NCBI GenBank assembly: GCA_013265495.1
Contig: MU058233.1
Span: forward strand, 533,038 to 597,037
Reading direction: 5' to 3'
Source of the DNA: Vicugna vicugna
Taxonomy: Eukaryota
Length of the DNA stretch: 64,000 bases
Both the position numbers and the translations under genes were made by a program. Each line of letters begins with the position of its first letter. Position 1 is the stretch's first letter. The notes under the pieces were generated by a model. The model made no database searches. It was given only the letters and a program-made list of their open reading frames with translations, and had not been told where the DNA came from. This document shows, one piece after another, positions 40,342-64,000 of this stretch.

Positions 40342-40461
40342 GGGGAGGGTGTAGCTCAGTGGTGGAGCGCATGCTTAGCATCCATGAGGTCCTGGGTTCA
40401 ATCCCCAGTCCCTCCGCTAAATAAATAAATAACCCTAATTACCTCCTTCTCCCCTGAAAAA
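40342..40461 (+). mobile_element. tRNA-derived SINE (Vic-1-like)
   Basis: GGGGAGGGTGTAGCTCAGTGG...GGTTCAATCCCC (Pol III A/B boxes), an AT-rich tail, and a TSD-like pair GTTTCAAATCT (40328-38) / GTTTCAAGTCT (40462-72). Confidence 0.85.
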
Positions 40462-42037
40462 GTTTCAAGTCTTCAAGAAGCCAGGACCTTGCATTTTGGA
40501 TGATGTATTTAGGAGTGACGCTCAGTTGCCAGGAACAGGTGAGAAGAGAAGCCGTGACCTAGGTCAGGGTGCAGGCTTCTCTGAGGGGTCTGGTTGAGCA
40601 GGTGAGGGCTTTGCTCAGGTCACCTGTCCCAGGGCTCACTCCACTTTCCAGCTGCCCTGCCCTTTGCCGTGGTTTCCATGGTACCCAACGTGTCCTCAGG
40701 GTCATAGGTGACTGCTGGTGCCTCAGAGTTCCAGGCTGGAAGATGGAAGAGGGGAGGCCTTCCCTTCACAAAAGTGCCCACAGCACTCAGCCTTATCAGA
40801 AGTGTGTCACTAGGCCATCCCTATCTGCAAAGGAGGGAAAATCGGTTTTCTATAAGGCACATTGTAACCCCAAATAAAGGGTGGGGGAGCGGATGCTGGA
40901 CTGGAGCCTGGAGTCCTGCTGGTTAACCACCACAGGACCTGTGTGTGTCCCCCTCCAAACAACAGAGGACACTCAACAGGAGGACACTCCTGCGGTGCCC
41001 CTCGACCCACAGGCCACCCCCGTCCCCCCAGGGACTGGCCCAAGGGCGTCTCCTTGGCAGTCTTCACCAGAAGCAGACAGCAGTGCGGCTGGCTCCTCAG
41101 GGCACCGCTGTCCCCTCCCATCTGTCCACACAACCACAAAACACACCAGCGTGCCCTAGGCCACACCAGATTTGTTTCACGTCGATCTCATGAGTTACAC
41201 TGAAATGCTGACTTGCAAAGCCAGGTCGGAGGTGAGGGAGGCCGGCTTTCCTGGGAGCCCACCACAGGCAGGCGCTGCTGTTCCTTCACCCCAGGCCTCC
41301 TGTCGTGGCCGCATTCCTCCCAGCCCAGCCCTGCAGCCACTCATTGGTCTCCGTCCAGGGGTCTCTTCTGGAGGATGGTACAATGGGACCACGCCGTCTG
41401 TGGGGGACAGGGCACACTGTTTATCTACTGGCTCACCCAGGGACACTGGGGTCACTTCCAGTTGTGAGCGGCAGTGAATGGAAGGTGAGCAGGCTTCTGT
41501 AGCGGTGTGGGTTTTCAGGGCACTGGGCTGCCCAGCGACTCACCAGGGCCCCCCGGGGGGCAGGAAGGAGGGGGGATTGCTTGTAACAGAGCCGGGAAAA
41601 GAAGCCTGCAGTTGCGGGTGACGGGCGCTGAGGACGACCGGTCTCCAGTGAGAGTTAGCTTTCTGGCATCCAGGGAACAGAGGAGCGGGCTGCGGTATTT
41701 GCCCCCAAGAAGAGTTTCCAGAAGAGCCAGCGCCTCTGCTCCGGAGGCAGGTAGGCGGCCTGGGAACTGAGGGAGGGGGAGGAGTGACCGGCATGGCCCC
41801 TAGGAGTCTTCAGGGGGTCGGTGCCCATGTCCTCACTGCGCCGTCAGCGAGGTCAAGGGAGCCCTTTCAGTCTGAACAACCCCGAGTGAGGACCTCTGTG
41901 TGCAGTGAGGAGTTACACCCGCCACCGGCACCTGCCCTTTTTCCCAGGGGACCTGATCTCTGCTTAAGCGGGCTTCCCGGGGCGGCGCCGTGGTCTCCAT
42001 CTGTCTACAGACACGCTCACTCTGTCAGGGCAGTAGG

Positions 42038-42043
42038 TTTATT
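42038..42043 (-). terminator. LRCOL1 polyadenylation signal AATAAA
   Basis: TTTATT on + strand about 200 nt downstream (minus sense) of the inferred TGA. Confidence 0.65.
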
Positions 42044-42243
42044 GATACTACGTCATCACACGTGGGTTCCAGTGGCTGCGACTGGTTTTCACAGACCGGG
42101 ACGGGACTGGTCTCAGGAGTTCCCGTTTAGACAACGAATCCCTGCAGGTTTTCACCATCCCAGTAAGAGTGGCCTGAGCCACAGTGCAGGGCTCCCACCT
42201 GGCTGGACTCAGGCCTGACAAGTGGACGTCCGCGGGGTCCACG

Positions 42244-44575
<2,332 letters not shown>

Positions 44576-44662
44576 GGCTGCAGCCCTGCCTGTGGGTGCC
44601 CAGGGTGTCACGGGGTGCCCCACCCGAATCGTTCTCCACCAAATGGATTCTTCAAACTTAGT

Positions 44663-44790
44663 GGGGAGGGTGTGGCTCGGGGCAGAGCGTGGGTTTAGCA
44701 TGCCTGAGGTCCTGGTTCAATCCCCAGTACCTCCGTCAAAATAAATACACTTAGTTACCCTCTACCCACAAAAAAAATACATAAATAAAC
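44663..44790 (+). mobile_element. tRNA-derived SINE (Vic-1-like), diverged
   Basis: Same head and B-box (GGTTCAATCCCCAGTACCTCC) plus an A-rich tail. Confidence 0.8.
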
Positions 44791-45289
44791 AAGCACTTCA
44801 AAGTCTATTTCAACATGGGTATGAGAACAGTGTTTTAAACTTATCCTCAGAAAAGTGTGCCTGTGGAGCTGGGACACTACCTATCAAAGGTGCATGCCAC
44901 AGGCAGGCAGACTGCCAAGCGCGAGTCTGCAGGTCTCCCCCGGCCTGGAGAGCCTCGCAGCTCAGCGGGTGCGCGGGCCTCTGGGCAGCCCATCCAGTCT
45001 GCTCCGAGGCTTCGCCAGGCGCCCCCAGCCCACACTTCCCTGGCCCCGGTCCACCCAGGCTCCTCGCCCTCCACTCAGAAGCAGCTCTTGAGTTTCATCG
45101 CATCTCCAGAATGGAACCCAAGACACACTTTCTGTCCTGGGAGACGGAATCTACAGACAGATAGCAGCCTGGAGTGGCCATGCTGGGAAGGAGACCACAG
45201 CCTCTCTGTCGGCCCCAGACACCAGCACTGGGTTAGTAACCGCAACCCCACCTCCAACTCGGACCAGCCAGAGGAGCCAAGTGTGCCCC

Positions 45290-45560
45290 TAACCAGTCAC
45301 AGTCCCCTGGGCTGCGTAACAAACATCACAGACAAGCGCGGCCTGCAGCCTGGAGGCGCAAGTCCTGGATCAAGGCGTGGACAGGGCTGTTCCCGCTGAG
45401 GCCTCACATGACCAGTCTGCAGGTGTCCGTGCCCTGATCACCTCTACCTCATTTTACCTTCATCACCTCTTTAAAGACCCCATCTCCACAGACAGTTACA
45501 TCCTGAGGTCCTGGGCTAGGACTTGAACATATGGATTTGGGGGACACAGTTCCACCCTTA
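45290..45560 (-). mobile_element. MLT1-like LTR fragment
   Basis: TCACCTCTTTAAAGACCCCATCTCCA..CAGTTACATCCTGAGGTCCTGGG..AGGACTTGAACATATGGATTTGGGGGAC. Confidence 0.6.
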
Positions 45561-45989
45561 AAAACCCCCCATGTCTAGTCAGTCAAAGGTCTCAGAGGCC
45601 GCTAACCACATGATTCAAGAAAGATGGCAGCAAACAATGAATCACATTAATGGTTTCCAAGATAAACAGCAACCACGTAGCCATTGTACGAACTTTGTAA
45701 ACCCTGTTCTATATCATATCAAATCTGTCACTAGGTTATAGCTATGTAAAAGCTGTATCTGAATCACAACTTGAACATTTCAAAATTTCAAACTTGTAGT
45801 GTTCTTTTTTTTTTTACTTTAACCCGGAAAAACCCATTTTCTTGTCTCAAACCTCCAGGCCCTTAGGAAGTTTACAGGCCCAGTTTACAGAGTTGGGCAC
45901 GATGTGCCTGACCGATCGAAGAGCCCGCCCAGCATGGGAACACGCTGTGCCCCGTGGAGACATCCAGTTTCTGGAAGGTCACAGCCCAC

Positions 45990-46445
45990 CTGTGCTCACG
46001 GCCCAGCACCCACAAGAGCCAAGAGGTGGGAGCAGGTCAGGTGTCCACCCAGGGATGGATGGACAAGCAAGACGCGGCCCATACGCACAACAGATTATTC
46101 CCCTTCAAAAGAAAGGCTGCTCTGACGCCGGCCACACACGGATGAACCTTGAGGACGTTCTCAGCCAACTGAGCCAGACACAAAAGGATCCCGCTCCTGT
46201 GAGGTCCCCAGGGGAGTCAAGTCCACAGAGACCGAGACAGGGTGCTGGTTTCCAGGGTCTGGTGGAGGGGGTTAGTGTTTCACAGGGACGGGACAGTGTT
46301 TCAGTGTGGGAGGATGAGTGTCTTGGAGAGGGCTGGTGGGGATGGTCACCTGACGGTGCAACTGCACTTAATGCCACTAAGCTGTGCCCCTAAAAATGGC
46401 TGAGGTGGTAAATTGTTCATTGTGTGTATTTTACCATAATTTAAA
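45990..46445 (+). mobile_element. Degenerate LINE-1 3' end
   Basis: GGATGAACCTTGAGGAC...AGCCAGACACAAAAGGA and CTTAATGCCACT...AAAATGG...TATTTTACCATAAT are typical of L1M 3' ends. Confidence 0.65.
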
Positions 46446-48339
46446 CAAAGACCACAGACCTGCCTCTAGGGGCCCTGGAGGCATAGCTTGCAGAATCATG
46501 CATTCACAGCCCCTGGTTATTTGGAAATAGTCTCCTATGTAGGGTCCCCTTTATTGGATATTTGCTTATAAATCTCTCAGATCAGGCACCTTTCCCCATT
46601 TTGGCTTTTTCCAAATGTCACTGTCAGGTATGATTCCATAGTATCTCAATCTGCCGAAAGCAGCTTGATGCCAAATCTTGCCCCAAACTTGACAAATCCC
46701 AGGCAATTAAATTACACGACAAAACCATAGTGACCATATCTGGGGCATGAGCTTCTCATGTCAGTGGTGACCTTCCCTGCCTCTGGCACTCTCTGACACG
46801 GGTCCCGAGCAGGCCGCCCGGCGTACTCCCACACAGAGGGACAAACACGCCAGTAACCGTGTGATGTTTCTGACAGGAAAACTACCTCTGGCAGCTGCTA
46901 GTGGCTGAAGGAGTCAGCGGTCCTACCTTTGAATCTTGGGTCCCACCTGCTCCTCTGTGGAGACTGAGGCTGGCCAGGCTGTGGCTTCCAGAAAACACTC
47001 CAGGGAGCCCAGGGTGGAGCTGTGGCAGAATCACTGGAGCATCTCCCCGGCCTCCGCTTCTCTGTCTTCTGTCCCCGCCTTCACTCTCACAAGGAAGTCT
47101 CACTGCCTTCCGCGGGAGAGACCACACGCTCGGGGCAGTGGCCAGGCCACCCGTGACGCAGGGTGCAACCACAGTCCCAGGGGCCAGCTGCAGCCTCTGT
47201 CAGCCCAGATGGCCAGCACGGGGCCAGTGACCACAGCTTCTCAACTCAGGACCTGCCAGAGAGGCCAAATGTGGCCTCTAGCCCATTGCTGTGTCCCCCT
47301 ACCCTGCTCAGCCACCCCGCCCTCCACACCAGCATCCCCCTCAGGCGCCCCTGGAGCCGACCTCTCTCACTCAGGGTCCCCACCCGCCTGCCTGGGCGTC
47401 TGCCAAGCCCTGGCTGTTTGTTCTCACAGGGGTGGTCTGCACGCATTGCTCATTCAACTCACGTTTATTGACCTACCTATTATTGACTGCATGCTGGGCT
47501 CTACGGAGGGAAAGATGTGTGTTGTTTCCACTGCACCCCATGGCCCTGACCTTGCCACCTAGGAAAGAGTCTTTGGTCTAGTTTGGGAAATGGACCTGCC
47601 AGCAAAGTGTGGAAGGTGCCTTTAGGGGAGGGTGAGGATGCTGGGGGGAGGACGAGCTTCTCCAGGCGGGGTTCCCCAGGTGGCAGGAGAAAGCTCCAGG
47701 CAGAGGGGGGAGGACGGAGCCTGGGTGTAGGCGGCAGTGGGAGGATCAGGCCCTTTCCTACCATCGGGTACGAGAACCCCAAGAGCAGAGAGGGTCCCAG
47801 AAAGCAGGGGGCACAACTCAGGGCAGGATGAGAGATGGTGCTGTGGGGATGCGGCTGCGAGAATCAGGACCAGGTGCTGACTGGGTGTGGGAGCCAAGGG
47901 CACAAGGCACCCAGGACAACTCCGGGTTTGGTGCCGGGCTGTGAGGGGTTCAGTAGGCGACCACTGCCTCACAGACCCCAAAAGTCAGTGGCCCAAAGGG
48001 CAATTTGTTATTGTCTCTCCGGGTCTGTGGGTTGGTTGGGCTCAGTTCTTACTTGGAGTCATGTGGCAAAGGCCAGTCAGGTGATGGCCGGGCTGGCAGG
48101 TGACCTAAAGATGTGGCTTCTCCACCCGCACATCCTTGATGGCTGGAACAGCTCACAGCATGGCGGCCTCAAGTGGGGCCACCCCTCCTTGGGGCTGGCT
48201 GCTCCTGAGTCTCTGAAGGACCTAGCCCAGGAGTCAGCACCACTTCCAGAGACAGCCCGGGTCAGTATCTGAGCCAGGGTTGAGTGTCTGAGAGCTGAGG
48301 ACTGAAACCACAGCAGGGGACATGAGGAGGAGGGAGCTG

Positions 48340-49805
48340 GGAACGGAAATGGGGTTTCTTATAGGGGTGATAAAAATATTCTAAAACAGATCTACAAAGC
48401 TATAGTTAATCCAAACAGTGTGGTGCTGGCATAAGGATACCCAGATAGAACAATGGAATAGAATAGAAACTCCAGATGTAAGTTCTATATCTATGATCAG
48501 CTGATTTTCATTACAAGCACGACCCTTCAATGGGTAAAGAATAGTTTCTTTAACAAGTGGTGCAGGGACAACTGGACATCCACATGCAAAAGAATGAAGT
48601 TGGAGGGCTACCTCACACCAAAAGCAAAAGTTAACTCAAAATGGATCGACAATCTAAACATAACAGCTTAGGGGAGGGCATAGCTCAAGATAGGGAGAGT
48701 TATCTTGACAGAGCTCATGCTTAGCATGCAGAAGGTTATGGGTTCACTCTCCAGTACCTCCTCTAAAAATAAATAAACCTAATTACCTCCCCTCAAAATA
48801 AATAATACAATAAAAAATTTTAAATATATAAATATAACAGCTAAAGTCATAAAACTCTTAGAAGAAAACAAGGGTAAATCTTCCTGACTTTGGATTTGGC
48901 AACGGTTTCTTAGAAATGACACCAGAAGCACAAGCAAAAAAAGGAAAAAAATAGATAAATTAGACTTCATTAAAATTAAAGACTTTTGTTCACCAAACGT
49001 CATTATCAGTAAAGTGAAAAGTCAGCCAACAATGGGAGAAAATATTTAAAAATCATATACCTTATAAAGATCTAGTATCCAGAACACAGAGAGAATTCTT
49101 ACAACTGAACAAGAGACAACCCAATGCAAAAATGGGCAAGGGACTCGACTAGGCATTGATCCAAAAAATTACACAATTTCACCCACTAGGATGGCAATAG
49201 CCAAATTAGTGGAAAATAACAAGCATTGACAAAGAGGTGTAGAAGTAGGAACTGTTGTTTATTGCTGATTGGAATGCAAAGTGATTCAGCTGCTTGGAAA
49301 ACATTTTGGTGTTTCCTCGAGAAGTTACACACGGAATCACTGTACGAACCAGAAATTCCACTGCTAGGCATATACCCCAAAGAATTGAAAGTAAGTGTTC
49401 AAACAAATACTTGCACACGAAGAGCAGCACTAGCCACGACAGCCAAAACTTAAAAGCTCAAACGTTTATCAGCAGATGAATAAACTGTGGACGATCCACA
49501 CAATGGAATACCATTCTGCCATAAAAAGGAAGGGAAGACTGACACAGGCCACAACCCAAATGGACCTTGAAGACTTCATGCTAAGTGAGAGATGTCAGAC
49601 ACAAGAAGGCAAATATTCCACGATTCTGTGAATTCCCCTGCAGGGTATATTCCCCTGATGCGTACGGGGTTTTATTTGGTGATGATTGAAAGTAGACAAT
49701 GGTGGTTGTACAACATTGTGAACGTACTAAATTTCACTGGATTGTTCAACAAACAGTTGTTCTTTAAAACAGTTAATTAAATGCCATGTGAATTTCATTT
49801 CAAAA
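48340..49805 (+). mobile_element. Degenerate LINE-1 ORF2 3' part and 3'UTR
   Basis: A-rich, with L1 hallmarks (TACAAAGCTATAGT..AAACAGTGTGGTGCTGGCATAA; AACTGGACATCCACATGCAAAAGAATGAAG; CCACTGCTAGGCATATACCCAA). Confidence 0.85.
48671..48830 (+). mobile_element. tRNA-derived SINE (Vic-1-like) nested in L1
   Basis: SINE head and tail flanked by a TAACAGCT duplication, interrupting L1 ORF2-like sequence. Confidence 0.8.
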
Positions 49806-50269
49806 AAGTCTAAAACATTGATCATTTTGGGAAATGCTATGATGTCTGGGATTTGCTCCAGAATACAGAGATGGGTGTGGAGATACAAAAAGAAGAAACA
49901 AAAGAAAAAACAAACCTTTGGCTTGCAAAGGGGGTGGGGAGTGGGAAATGGATCGAGGCGTACAGTCGGGAGCCACTGCGGAAATCCAGGTGAGAAAGGA
50001 GGCTGGGCGGTTGGGTGGAGGAGGAGCCTGGAACTGAAGGCCCTGACACGTATCTGTAGATAAAAGCAAGAGAGCTGTTTGGGCCGAGGAAGGGATCCAG
50101 GTTTTTGTCTGGACCCTGGAGGCGGGGTTGCCTTGGGAGATCATCTCCTTGTACACCTTCCATTTACACAACTTCACGTCTATTGTATCTCAATAAAAAT
50201 GGGAACGACGTACACATACTTTTTTAAAAAGGGATTGCTCCTCGGGGTTAATGCGCGGTGCAGATCAGA

Positions 50270-53953
<3,684 letters not shown>

Positions 53954-54289
53954 GCCTACTCCCACCTTCCGCCATGCTGCACCAGAGACCTGGGCCTGTC
54001 CGGGCCCCTGAAGTGTGTGGCCACGAGACAGCTCCCAGCTTCCCTAGCAGCACGGCTGGGACCTTGGACCTGGGCACTGCCCACACCCTCAACACTGCAT
54101 CTCAGCAAAACCAGCAGCCAAAGGACCCCCAAGCAAATGGGATGACATGAGGGGATGGCCCTCCATCCTGTCGCCCATCTGCCCAGGGGCCTGTAGGGGC
54201 GAGTGCCCACTTCCACACCTCTACCTCCTCCCCACCCACCCACCACTACCCTGGCCCTTTGCTCGCCTTGTAGCCAAGAAGTCACATGT

Positions 54290-54295
54290 AATAAA
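54290..54295 (+). terminator. P2RX2 polyadenylation signal AATAAA
   Basis: Canonical hexamer about 340 nt after the stop codon, followed by a T-rich downstream element. Confidence 0.75.
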
Positions 54296-55684
54296 CCCGT
54301 GACCAGTACCTCCTGGCCTCCTTTTTTGGGGAAATGCGTCTTGAGGCTCTGAAGACAAATATGCGCACGAGGGCTCTTGGTGTCCTTGGTTTTCATCTTC
54401 CCTCTAGCCAGCCTGGGTGCAGGGTGTGCGGACATGTCTGCTGCCCCCGTCCAGCCAGGTTACAGTCACATCCGATCTGGGGGCCAGTGGAGGTGGAGGA
54501 CACACAGGCTGAGAGTGTGTGAGGATCCCGGGACCCGCCCAGCAGCTGCCCTTTAATGAGCACATTTACCGGATAACTGCAGGGGTCACCCCAGGCTCCA
54601 AACCTCGAAAAAAAGGGAAAAGGATGGCACCTCTCGAGGAAGAAGAAAGCCAGAGGGGAGGCTGTGAGAGCTGCCCCCAAGGAAAAAGAAAGCTTAGGTC
54701 ACATTGGGCTCTTAAACCAAAACACCTGTCAAGGCCCTGAGGCTCTACTTAAAACGGGGATTGACGTGGGGCAAGGACGTTGGTGCCGGGGAGCAGGGGT
54801 GGACAGGGCAGGAGGTGGAGCGTGGAGAGCTGGCACTGGGTTAGCCAGCTGCATGCTTGGATGCTACAGTTGTCATTCCACCCAGCAGCTCTACCTGGCC
54901 AGGCCCTGCTCTGAGGGACACCATAACCCGGTGGAGGGCGGCTTCTCCAGCAAGTGATGGGTGTGCATGTCTGAGGCACAGTGCCTCCTGCAGACCATCT
55001 CACCTGTGATCACAGCACTCCCGAGGTCACGGCTGGCCCTCCCATCTGCCAACTGGGTCGGCCCCACTCTGGAGCCAGCGAACACTTGAGAAGCTCCCAT
55101 CCAGCCACCCCTGCAGACCCCCCTAGGCTTGCAGTTGGCCCCACAGATCACCCAAGTGCCCGTGACACCCTGAGTGTTTGGCTCACAGACATGCAGCTCT
55201 AGTTTTAGAGAAACTGGCTTTTCCAGTTGGGGCTGGGCTCCAGCTCAAGAACCAGGGCCGGAGGCTCAGGTTTCCCATCCCAAACGTGAGTGACCTGGGA
55301 CCCTCCGCCGCCCCAGATGCTCCCGGTCCCTAAGCTGGCATCTGAGGGAGCTGCCGGCAGCTGCGGAGGCAGCCAGCACCCAGCGCCCCTAGCCCTGCTG
55401 CAGGGAGCACAGTAGGAGTGAGGCATGCAGCCCCACCTCAGGCTCCTCTGTGCCCCCTGGGACTTCTCTGTCTCTGCTTCCAGGAAGCCTGGTTTGCCCT
55501 CCTCCTCCCATCCGGCCCTAATTTGATTTGTACTCCATCTGGGGCTGACCGGCTCCATCACCAAGCAGAGTCAGGTTTCTTGCAGTCATTGGGCCTGGAC
55601 ACACCTGGTGGGCAGTACCCAGGGGCCGACAAGCCCAGACGGACACATGTCAGTCAGTCTTCTTCCAGAGACCAAGGCACAGTG

Positions 55685-55706
55685 CACACACACACACACA
55701 CACACA
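55685..55706 (+). repeat. (CA)11 microsatellite
   Basis: Direct reading. Confidence 0.9.
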
Positions 55707-55850
55707 GTAAAAATTCTAGGAGACGTAAAATTCACATGGAAATTCCAAGTGTTAAATTAGACAACAAGGATGAATTTAAACCAGGCTCCGGAGCCAGGAG
55801 TGGGGCCCCACCACCCACCCATTAAGGGGTTTCTGAGTTTATGATTCACA

Positions 55851-55856
55851 TTTAAT
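55851..55856 (-). terminator. Candidate POLE polyadenylation signal ATTAAA
   Basis: TTTAAT on + strand about 1.08 kb beyond the POLE stop, in an AT-richer patch. Confidence 0.55.
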
Positions 55857-56933
55857 GTGTTTGCTGCCTCGTCAAGTTGGCTGTTTTTCTTTTTCTGCTT
55901 TTGTAGTTACAAACGAGGGGCAGAGCTGGTCTTGTGTTCTGGGGCTCTTGGCAGAATGGAGGGAGACTCACGCTCAGCAAAGGCTGCACCCGGTCGCTGG
56001 AAGGCTGACTCCCAGCCCCACCTGGGACGGAAACCTGCGAGGCCCACACCAGCAACAGGGCACTGAGCAAGACGATGGTAAGTGTCGAAGTTTAAAGGCA
56101 GGGCCCAGGGCCCTCTCTGCCTCGGGCACTCAGAGACTGGGCAGGCCCTTGGGGTCAGAGGTCCTGGGCTGCTCCCTGAGGCTGAGAAGCAGGAACAATG
56201 GCTCTTGTCCTTTGCTGCGTCCTCTCTCGCCCCGCCACCCTCAGAGCTGCAGGAAAGAACTTGGTCTCGCATGTTAAGAAGTATCTTTCTAAAATCCAGG
56301 TGCTGACATATGATGTCAAAATCTGAGGTAATGGTGTGCCTCCTTCCTCCACTGGGTCCCCAGGTCCCCTGCTGCGGTGGCCCCTTACAGCACATGCAGG
56401 TTCAGGAGGAGGGGGTGCCACACCCACTGCGGCCAAGCCCCCAGCCGTCTTGCTGCTGCACGCAAGGTGACTGCACCCCAATACAGCCCCTCTGCAAACC
56501 CTGCTCTGACCAGGTAGTGTCCACAGACAGAGAAGCCTAGAACTCAGAGATGCTCAGGTTGAGGTCAAGGTTCCCTGGATCCGGAGGACAGCATCTCTCC
56601 ACGGTAGCCCATGACTAAAGAGCCGGGGCTGCAGACCCTACCAGAGCTCAGAGAAAGACCTCTGAGGGCAGCCTGGGCAGGCGGCAGAGGAGAGGGTGGG
56701 AAGGCTGTGGGGAGGGCTGTTCACACAGGGGAAACGACCCCTCCTGGGCCTACAGAGGGCTGCCCTGACCGAGGCCGGGGGCATGGGGAACCTGGAGCCA
56801 CTTCCTGCTCTGGCTGGATCATGTTCCTCTGAGCTGGGTGACCTGCTCCCTGAAAACTCTGAGGATCGTTTTCCTGGGTGCCCATCTTGGATGTGGGAAG
56901 TTGGAGCAGAGAATGGGGACACCGCCCCGCTGG

Positions 56934-63916
<6,983 letters not shown>

Positions 63917-64000
63917 CTGCAGAGACAGGGCAGGCTCAGCCACAGGCCCCCAGAGTCAGCGACGCCTGGAGCATTCCAGCGTCCGCCCACCAGGCTGGGC

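Noticed and set aside
40342..40415. tRNA-like sequences here and at five other sites
   Set aside because: A-rich tails, TSD-like flanks and divergence between copies identify them as SINEs rather than tRNA genes.
48234..48258. TCAGCACC...AGACAGCCC as a second RE1 site
   Set aside because: The spacing is non-canonical and the right half-site mismatches.

Overview
Mammalian, GC-rich genomic DNA. The repeated tRNA-derived SINEs resemble the Vic-1 family, so the species is probably a camelid (inference). The gene order matches human 12q24.33 as I recall it: the 3' two-thirds of FBRSL1 (+, coding exons 9928-38293, with an N-gap in the last exon), the complete coding region of LRCOL1 (-, 44575-42244, 155 aa), complete P2RX2 (+, 50605-53953, 11 exons, 479 aa) and the last six exons of POLE (-, 63916-56934). 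Exon boundaries were read by hand from GT/AG sites and reading phase; exon numbers follow my recollection of the human genes and are approximate. The rest is intronic or intergenic: L1, L2, MIR and MLT relics, six tRNA-derived SINEs, CpG islands and a 2.3-kb (GAT/GGT)n array. Nearly all ORFs in the supplied track are chance ORFs in GC-rich or repeat DNA. I see no new gene system. The most interesting signals are (1) a 122-bp-period tandem duplication in P2RX2 that creates a second, frameshifting exon-3 acceptor, (2) a multi-way in-frame splice switch around the FBRSL1 His-Gln/His-Thr repeat exon, (3) an intronic CpG-island promoter candidate in FBRSL1, and (4) candidate RE1, CTCF and enhancer elements.
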